Below the pieces are notes generated by a model. The model saw only the letters and a list, made by a program, of their open reading frames with translations, was not told the DNA's origin and did not search any database. 64,000 bases of DNA from the human T2T-CHM13v2.0 reference genome, Homo sapiens. Made by a program: the position numbers and the translations under genes. This document shows positions 56,752 through 64,000 of this stretch, one piece after another; position 1 is the stretch's first letter, and the number at the start of each line of letters is the position of its first letter. The stretch lies in assembly GCF_009914755.1 (NCBI RefSeq), contig NC_060928.1. One strand, written 5' to 3'.

Positions 56752-58327
56752 GGATTTAAAAGATTGTACTTTGATTGTAGAAGTTCAGAGTTCGTATTTA
56801 CTCTGTACCTTAAGTACTTAACGCATGATCGTTCTCTGCTTACCTGTGTCAACGTTTAGCTGCGGTAACAAATTTTTGTGATTTCTATGCTTGCGACAAA
56901 CTCACTTTGGCTTATGAACTTGTCAATTTCTATTCCTATCATTCTGAAGAGATTTCCAAGTAGATTATAGTTTTCAATATTTTCATATAGAAAGGAAGAA
57001 CGTCTTATATACTGGGCTAGTGCCATAATTGAACCTGAAAGGAGTTGGGAGGGAGGGCGGAGAACATTAGGAACGCTGGTGTTCTAAAGAGGAACCCTAA
57101 GATGAACCAAAATGTATCACTTGGTCTGAAAAGATTATCACTGTGGCTTATTTTGTGTCTTATCGATAAATTATGGTGGACTTTCAAGTATAAAAAGTGT
57201 TCAACATCGATTTTTCATTAACTTTCTTATCACTTAGGAGTTCCAGGGTATAATAGAGAGAATCATCTGGAAAGACAGGCCTTTTCTCTCTGCTTTGCCC
57301 CCACTAACTTTTAGTGTTTGTCTAGGGTTGTGAATCCAGGATGAGTTTTTAGCTTCCATTTCATTCTTTTTCCTTTCTTCTACGTAGTATAAATTTTTTC
57401 CACTCCACCCCATTTGGTTCAGGGGCCTAGATAGTACTAAAGGCCTACCATAACCTTCTCCCTGTAATAACCAGGGAGCACTCCTTTTTCCTATCCATCT
57501 ATTCCTTCATTCATTTGTTCATTTATTCCTTGACATATGATTTTAACAAATATTTGTTCAACACCAATTTATGGGCTAAGGTGTTCCGTATATAAATCCC
57601 AGTTAGCCACTGACACCAAAGTCATGGTTTACAGTGTAGTTACAGAGAAAAGTCAACAATTACCATACAGTGTGATAAATACAGTAAGTAGACTTGTGTA
57701 CACGTGCCAAATGATTTAAATTGGGCTCTAGTGAGGAGAGACCAATATTGTTTTAAGCCTTTGCTCTATCCTTGCCAGTGGGTTTTTATGTGGTAGCTGG
57801 TTTGAGTATATATGTAAGCGAGGTATCTTGATACCAAGTAGTAAAGGAAAATTACTTTTTGAAATAACTGGGAATTTCAGACTGGTCTGTGAGAATTTGT
57901 TTCTGTTTTAAAATTAAATTGTAGATGTGGCCAACATCTCATCCACAACTTGTTCACAAACATATTCATCTCATAGTCAGAGACTTGTTTATAAATTTTT
58001 TTGGAACATGAGGAAAAAAATATTAGGCATTGAAACTCAGACCGCAGGCTCATATTTTCTTTTTGTCATTGGAATTATCTCTAAATTTTATGCACGCCAC
58101 ACATTTTCAACAGGCTGCCTCTCCAAAGTATTGTGTTTCGAAACACTGCAGATTTTAGTTGAACTTTGCCTTTCCCTGTTTGTAGTATTTCTATTTTACT
58201 TATATTGCCCTGTTCCAGAAACTACTCCTGAAAGTAGTTCAGAAGGATACGTGAAACAGAAGGGGAATGTACACATTAAAGCTAGAAGCAAGTAAGTGCT
58301 GCAGCACTCTGTATTGCTTGGTCTCGA

Positions 58328-58535
58328 GTAGAGTTCCTCGTCTTAGTACTAGCGACATTTCGAGCCCACAGGGATTTATTGTGGGGCTGTGCTGTGCGTT
58401 TTAGGATGTTTAGCACCATCTCTGACCTCTACCTACTAGATGCTGGTAGCACCCTCCTAGTCATGACAACCAAAAATGTCTCCAGACGTTTTCTAATGTC
58501 CCCGGGGGAAAAATTGCTCCCAGTTGAGAACTGCT
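58328..58535 (-). mobile_element. MER20 hAT MITE
   Basis: ggggctgt...aggatgtttagca...ctagatgctggtagc...gacaaccaaaaatgtctccagac...gttgagaac. Confidence 0.9.
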
Positions 58536-58539
58536 AGCC

Positions 58540-59060
58540 TGGAGCATAGTTGCAGAGAAATGGATCTGTTTTGGAGGTAGAATTAGTAGGACTTGTTTAT
58601 GGATTCCCTGTGAAGGTTGAGAAAAAGGAAAGAGCTCGAAGTGAATCTTAGATGTTTGGCTTACATGCCCAGTGGAGTTTGGTGCCATTTACTGAAATGG
58701 GGAAGACTGTGGGAGGACAGGTGATAAAGGGGACTGGGCAGGTGGAAATCAAATCGTTTTTGTTGACTTGGACATAGCAAGTTTAAATCCAAAAGAGATG
58801 TCAAATGGGCAGCTGTTGAGTCTGTTGCTCAAGGGAGAGTATTTTAAAGCAGAGTCTGGAGAGAGTGTAGATGGAGGAGAAAAGAGTGGTCTCGAAACCA
58901 AGCTCTGGGAGTGGTTGGAGGAGAATGGACCAGTGAAGAAGGCTGGGTGAGAAGAAATCAAGGAGCCTGTGCTATCGTGGAAATCAAGAAAGGAAAGTGT
59001 GTCAAGGAGGAGTATTCACTTTTGTTAAATACTTCCGAGACATTCAATAAGAAATGCTAA
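58540..59060 (-). mobile_element. L2 fragment
   Basis: ggtgccatttactgaaatggggaagactg...gagatgtcaaatgggcag...aagtgtgtcaaggagg. Confidence 0.7.
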
Positions 59061-59302
59061 CACTGTTTTGTTATAAATAACTGAAATTAATTTTAGCTGT
59101 GAAAAAATTAGGTCCTAAAGTAAATAAAAAGATAGTAATGGGGACATAAAATAGGCTGTGAAATGAATTTAAAATGCCAAAAGTTACAAATCCCAAAGAC
59201 ATAACCCTTGCTCTGGATGTGCTACAGATCTTGGCTGTGGACATTCTAAAAGCCATTAGAAAGCCTTCAGTCACTTCCAGTATTCACAATGACCATAAAG
59301 TA

Positions 59303-59840
59303 AAAGGGGTCCCCAAGACCACCCCAGGCTAGATGATTTGCTGGGAGGACTCACAGGACTCAATATGTTAGTCATACTCACAAGTAAGATTTACTAGAGT
59401 GAGAGGAACTAGAGCAAAGTCAGCAAAAGGAAAAGACATGTGGGGTGAAGTCTGCAGGAAACCAGGCACAAGCTTCCAAGACCTCTCCTGTGTGTGTCTG
59501 CCACAGGACAGTCCATTCCTGTGGCAGTGAGTTATGACAGCATGTGTGAAATGTGTTCTGCCAGGGAAGCTCGTAAGAGACTCCGTGGGCAGGTTTTTAC
59601 TGGGGCTGGTCATGGAGGCACCCTCTGCCCGGCATGTACCAAAATCCCAGGCTCACAGAAGGAAAGCGGATTCAGCATAAACTGCACTGTGTGCATAAAC
59701 AGTTTAAACATGGTGAGCTGCTCTCATTAGTCTGAGAATGGTGGGAACCTTCCGGAAATCTGGGTTCCCAGACACCAGCCACGGCTAGCCTTGCAAGCAG
59801 GCCTTTTAAAGCCGTCTCGGGACTGCTATGTGAACTCTGT
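59303..59840. mobile_element. MER21-family LTR
   Basis: ggggtccccaagaccacccc...aggactcacaggactca...aatcccaggctcacagaaggaaagc...ttcccagacaccagcc. Confidence 0.85.
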
Positions 59841-60439
59841 TTTTTGTAAACAGGCCAAAGCCCAAGGAAAATACAAGCATAGTTGGCACTATGACTACAT
59901 CAGAATTTCTCTGGAATGGGCATTTGTTTAATAAACTGTTTCTAACATATTCTAAATCATTTGGATAGCTAGTAAGCTAAAATTTTTGTCTGTATGTATT
60001 GGGAGGCAGTCTAGCATATAATAAAATAATCATAGACTGTGAAATTTGACAAATATGGCTTCTCTAGTCATGGCTCAGCTGCATACTCTCTCTGTACCTC
60101 CATTTCTGGTAATAAAACCTACCATTTTGAAGATTCAGTGATATATGCATATAGTACCTAGAATAGTGACTGACACGTGGTGGCCATTCAGAAATACTGG
60201 TGGCATTGATGTTAATAATTGCAACAAGAGTTGTTTTATTATTGTCTTTCTTGTGTTAGACATGCCATTACTTTTCCTGGATTAATCGATTGTAATATCC
60301 ACTCTCCTGTATTTTCACTAAATGGCTTTCAGTTTTTCAATTAAACTTTCAGTTGAACAGTATCAGAGGCATTTTAATAAAAAATTTTACTGAGCTTGAT
60401 TAGTTGATGAGAAGTAAATTGCTCGTTTTTGATTACCAC

Positions 60440-60535
60440 ATTAACTCTTTCTGGCCATTAGGGTACCATTTAGTAAATTACTTCTCTTTTTGTACAGTAC
60501 TCAAAATGTTACCCAAGTGACCAGAAAGAGTTAAT
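60440..60535. repeat. TTAA-ended inverted repeat / hairpin (MITE-like)
   Basis: attaactctttctgg ... ccagaaagagttaat is a perfect 15-bp inverted repeat, with about 20 bp of further imperfect pairing inward. Confidence 0.8.
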
Positions 60536-61100
60536 AATGCACCAACAGGCTGAACACTTGACTACCTCCTTACTATTAGATCAGTCTCATTATATTAAAT
60601 GTTTCCCTTCCTATAATTGTCATTTTCTTTAAAAAATGAAATATTGGATACAGTTATTTATTTTTAATAGACCTTATAAGCTCAATGAAAAGTATGCTGA
60701 GTTCACTCATATACCTTCTAAGGGGATTTAAAGTATCGGTACTCACTATATAATATGCAAAATCAATCCGATGTGGATAATAAATGCACCTTTCACAGTG
60801 CGCAAGAAGGGCATTATTTCCCAAGGGTACAAGTGATTCCCCGATTATGATCTGAGTACTAAGGAGTCATATTATTATGCCTCCCTAAGTGCTTGAGCAC
60901 TAAAGAGAGTTGTGCCTCATGGCATTGTAGCAGGTAAACTTTCATGTGGGCAGGAATCCTGCCTTTTAAATGTATACATTATCAGTACTCCTGTGGATGT
61001 GTTTTTATGGCTAATTCTAATACAGCTTTTAATTATTCAGGAGTACTCTTTACTTTCTTATGAATAGGGGTCTGCAATCTATTCTTAAAATTACATCTTT

Positions 61101-61390
61101 TGCTGGGCACGGTGGCTCATGCCTGTAGTCCCAAGCACTTTGAGAGGCTGAGGTGGGAGGATTGCTTTAGCCCAGGAGTTTAAGACTAGCCAGAGCAATA
61201 TTGAGACCCCTGTCTCTACAGAAAATTTAAAAATCAGCCAGGCATGGTGGTGCATGCCTGTAGTCCCAACTAATGTGGAAGGATCACTTGAGCCCAGGAA
61301 GTCGAGGCTGCAGTGAGCCGTGATCACACCACTGCACTCCTGCCTGGGCAATAGAGGAAGACCCTATCTCAAAAAAAAAAAAAAAAAAAA
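61101..61390 (+). mobile_element. AluJ
   Basis: ggaggattgctttagcccaggag...gtcgaggctgcagtgagcc; poly-A. Confidence 0.93.
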
Positions 61391-61498
61391 TCTCTAGTCA
61401 AATATTTTTCCAGGTCACCTGGGAAAATTGTTGTTACTCTCTTGGAAAGAATATTCGACTCCTGAAGTACTAGTTTTTGCAATATAAAAGGTTGTCTT

Positions 61499-61751
61499 TC
61501 ACTTTGGGAGGCCAAGGCAGGTGGATCACGGGGTCAGGAGTTCGAGACCAGCCTGGCCAAGATAGTGAAACCCCGTCTCTACAGAAAATACAAAAATTAG
61601 CTGGGTGTGGTGGCAGGCATCTGTAAACCCATCTACTTGGGAGGCTGAGGCAGAGAATTGCTTGAATGTGGGAGGGGGAGGTTGCAGTGAGCCAAGATCC
61701 ACTGCACCCCAGCCTGGGCGACAGAGCAAGACTCCATCTCCAAAAAAAAAA
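61499..61751 (+). mobile_element. AluS, 5'-truncated
   Basis: Starts at cactttgggaggcc. Confidence 0.93.
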
Positions 61752-63284
61752 GATTGTCTTTTCATTGATATAGTATAGTCCAATAATCCATGAGCCACTT
61801 AGTGTTTACTGAGTTGTCACTGAATGTGTAACATTAAGTGCTTTCAGTGATACAAAACTAATATATGACTGGCTTGCTCATTGATTCAATAGATGCTTGC
61901 TTAGAGAGCTATGTGCTATGTACTCTAAGAATACAAAACATCAAAGAAATTGAAGTCTGTTGGGGGAGATGATTAATGATGACATCATAGTACAATACCA
62001 TTGCAGCTGTAAACATGCATTCAGAGGAACATGCCCAGCTACTTCAGCATGTCAGAGGGAGAACCGACCCAGAATGGAAGGAGTCAGGGTTATTTACCTC
62101 CAAGAGATGAGGCTGAGCTCAATCTTACAGGATAAATAGGAGTCATCTGGCTATTTGTACCCCAGAGGACAATATAAAGATACAAAGTTGAGAAAAAAGA
62201 TGACGGGCAGAGGGCTAGTGCTATAATAGTCTCTTGTTGTTTATTTCATGTGCAAAGCAGAAAGCAAGGCTGAGTAAGTAGAGAGACATCAGGTTAGGGA
62301 TATGCCATGGTTTAAATTTGCTGAGTTTTTTGTAACCTAATTAGAAAAAGGAGAGTAATGTGTGTGTACACAGTGGAGACAGTAAACACATGGTCACTGG
62401 AGTTCATTATTTTATACATTCTTCCCCAGAATCCATATGGGGCATAGTATTATTTTTCCTGTTTTATATATAAGAGCTTGTTTCTTCGAAATATTAAGCA
62501 AATTGCCTAAGGATTCAGAGAAGATAAGCGATGGAGATAGAATTCACTTCTACAGAATTCCAAAATCCAAACTTGCAGAGATATTGAACAACTTGCCCAG
62601 GATTATACAGTGAGTAAGCACTTAAAAACGTGGATTTGGAAAGTGGGATCAGATTATGTTTTCTGGTTATAACTGGATTAATTGAAAATGAGGACGATCA
62701 CTGATTTCACAGTGCTTTATTCTTAGAGATGTGCCAGATTACAAAATGGATCTTTTTTCCTCTTATACTATGTAGCACCTTGTCCAAGCAAGCTGAAACT
62801 TGGTGGATGGTTTTTGTTTTATAACATACTTTCTTGGATGATTAAGAGTCAGGATTGCTGTGGTACTGACTTGCACCCTCCTCCTCAAATTAGCCCAGTG
62901 CAGAGATGTAGCCTTTTAATACATACAGGTGGAAAGGTAGCGTGGATTATAATAAGAAAACAACAACCAAGCTGTACATTTTCCTTAGATGATTAGATCT
63001 GCCTCAGGAAATCCTGCAGAGTTTCAAATAGAAATGTGTTCATCTTTCCTATGGAAAATAAATTCTCAGTGAGACTGCTTACTTATTTTCAAACTCTGAC
63101 CCTCACGTACATATTTTGGTCAATTTTGATACTTGTTCTGAAATTCTTGTTGGTATTTCTATTGAAAAAATGAACTATTGTGATTATTGTATTCTTCTCA
63201 TAGACTCTGAGGCAAGGCAGAATACTGCTTAGGCCAGGATTTGGGCAGAGAGGGAGTCTTTTTTTCATAAAGAATTTTTATTGT

Positions 63285-63585
63285 GGCTGGGAGTGGTGGC
63301 TCATGCCTGTCATCCCAGTGATTTGCGAAGATGAGGTGGAAGGATCACTTGAGCCCAGGAGTTGAAGACCATCCTGGGCAACATAGTGAGACCCCCATCT
63401 CTACAAAAATAAAAACTAAAAAATTAGCCAGGTGTGGTGGCATGCACCTGCCGTCCTACTACTCCAGAGACTGAGGTAGGAGGGTTACTTGAGCCCAGGA
63501 GTTCGAGGCTGAAGTGAGCTATGATCGCGCCACTGCACTCCACCCTGGGTGACAAAGTGAGACCCTATGTCAAAAAAAAAAAAAA
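63285..63585 (+). mobile_element. AluJ with TSD agaattttt.ttgt
   Basis: J-type features and poly-A. Confidence 0.94.
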
Positions 63586-63609
63586 CACAGAATTTTTTTG
63601 TAATGGCAT

Positions 63610-63780
63610 TTAATCTGTAATGAATTATGATAAACATTATTACATTATTATATGTTAATAATACCTACCTCTCAGGATTAGTGTGAGAATTAAATGAGTA
63701 AATATATGTTAACATATGTGAAATGTTTAGAACAGTTACTGGCACACAATAACCTCTATACAAGTATTTGTTATTATTAC
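63610..63780. mobile_element. MIR fragment
   Basis: atacctacctctcaggattagtgtgagaattaaatgag...ttagaacagttactggcacac. Confidence 0.8.
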
Positions 63781-64000
63781 ACATTTTTCATTTTATTTTA
63801 TATTTAGATTATCTATTTTAATATTGTATATGTATTGGCCTTACAACAATGAAGAATTCCGTCCAATATGTAGGAAACTCCAAATGGGAATTGAGATAAA
63901 TGCCACGAACAAATATGGTGTATTTTTATTTACTTTAAATTTGCACAGATTAACTAGATTGTTGTTTCTGCTGTTAGTAGTAATATTTTTATTTTCTGTT

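Overview
AT-rich primate (most likely human) genomic DNA, mostly intronic or intergenic. It holds about 17 Alus, plus MIR, L2 and L1 fragments, five MaLR/ERV-type solo LTRs and several DNA-transposon MITEs. No intact protein-coding gene is recognisable, and the ORF track is almost all Alu-derived or chance ORFs. The most notable signal is at about 1.06-6.83 kb. Six plus-strand segments bounded by AG/GT splice signals join in consistent phase into a stop- and frameshift-riddled protein that by eye resembles MATH-BTB-MATH. This suggests an ancient multi-exon unitary pseudogene whose first exon was later interrupted by two Alus; it is an inference and needs homology testing. Other points of interest are a tailless tRNA-Phe retropseudogene with a 15-bp TSD, a strong CTCF motif, a very young AluY (Yc1-like), a TTAA-ended hairpin element, candidate small exons and several local duplications. 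Repeat subfamily names come from recalled consensus sequences and repeat boundaries are approximate.
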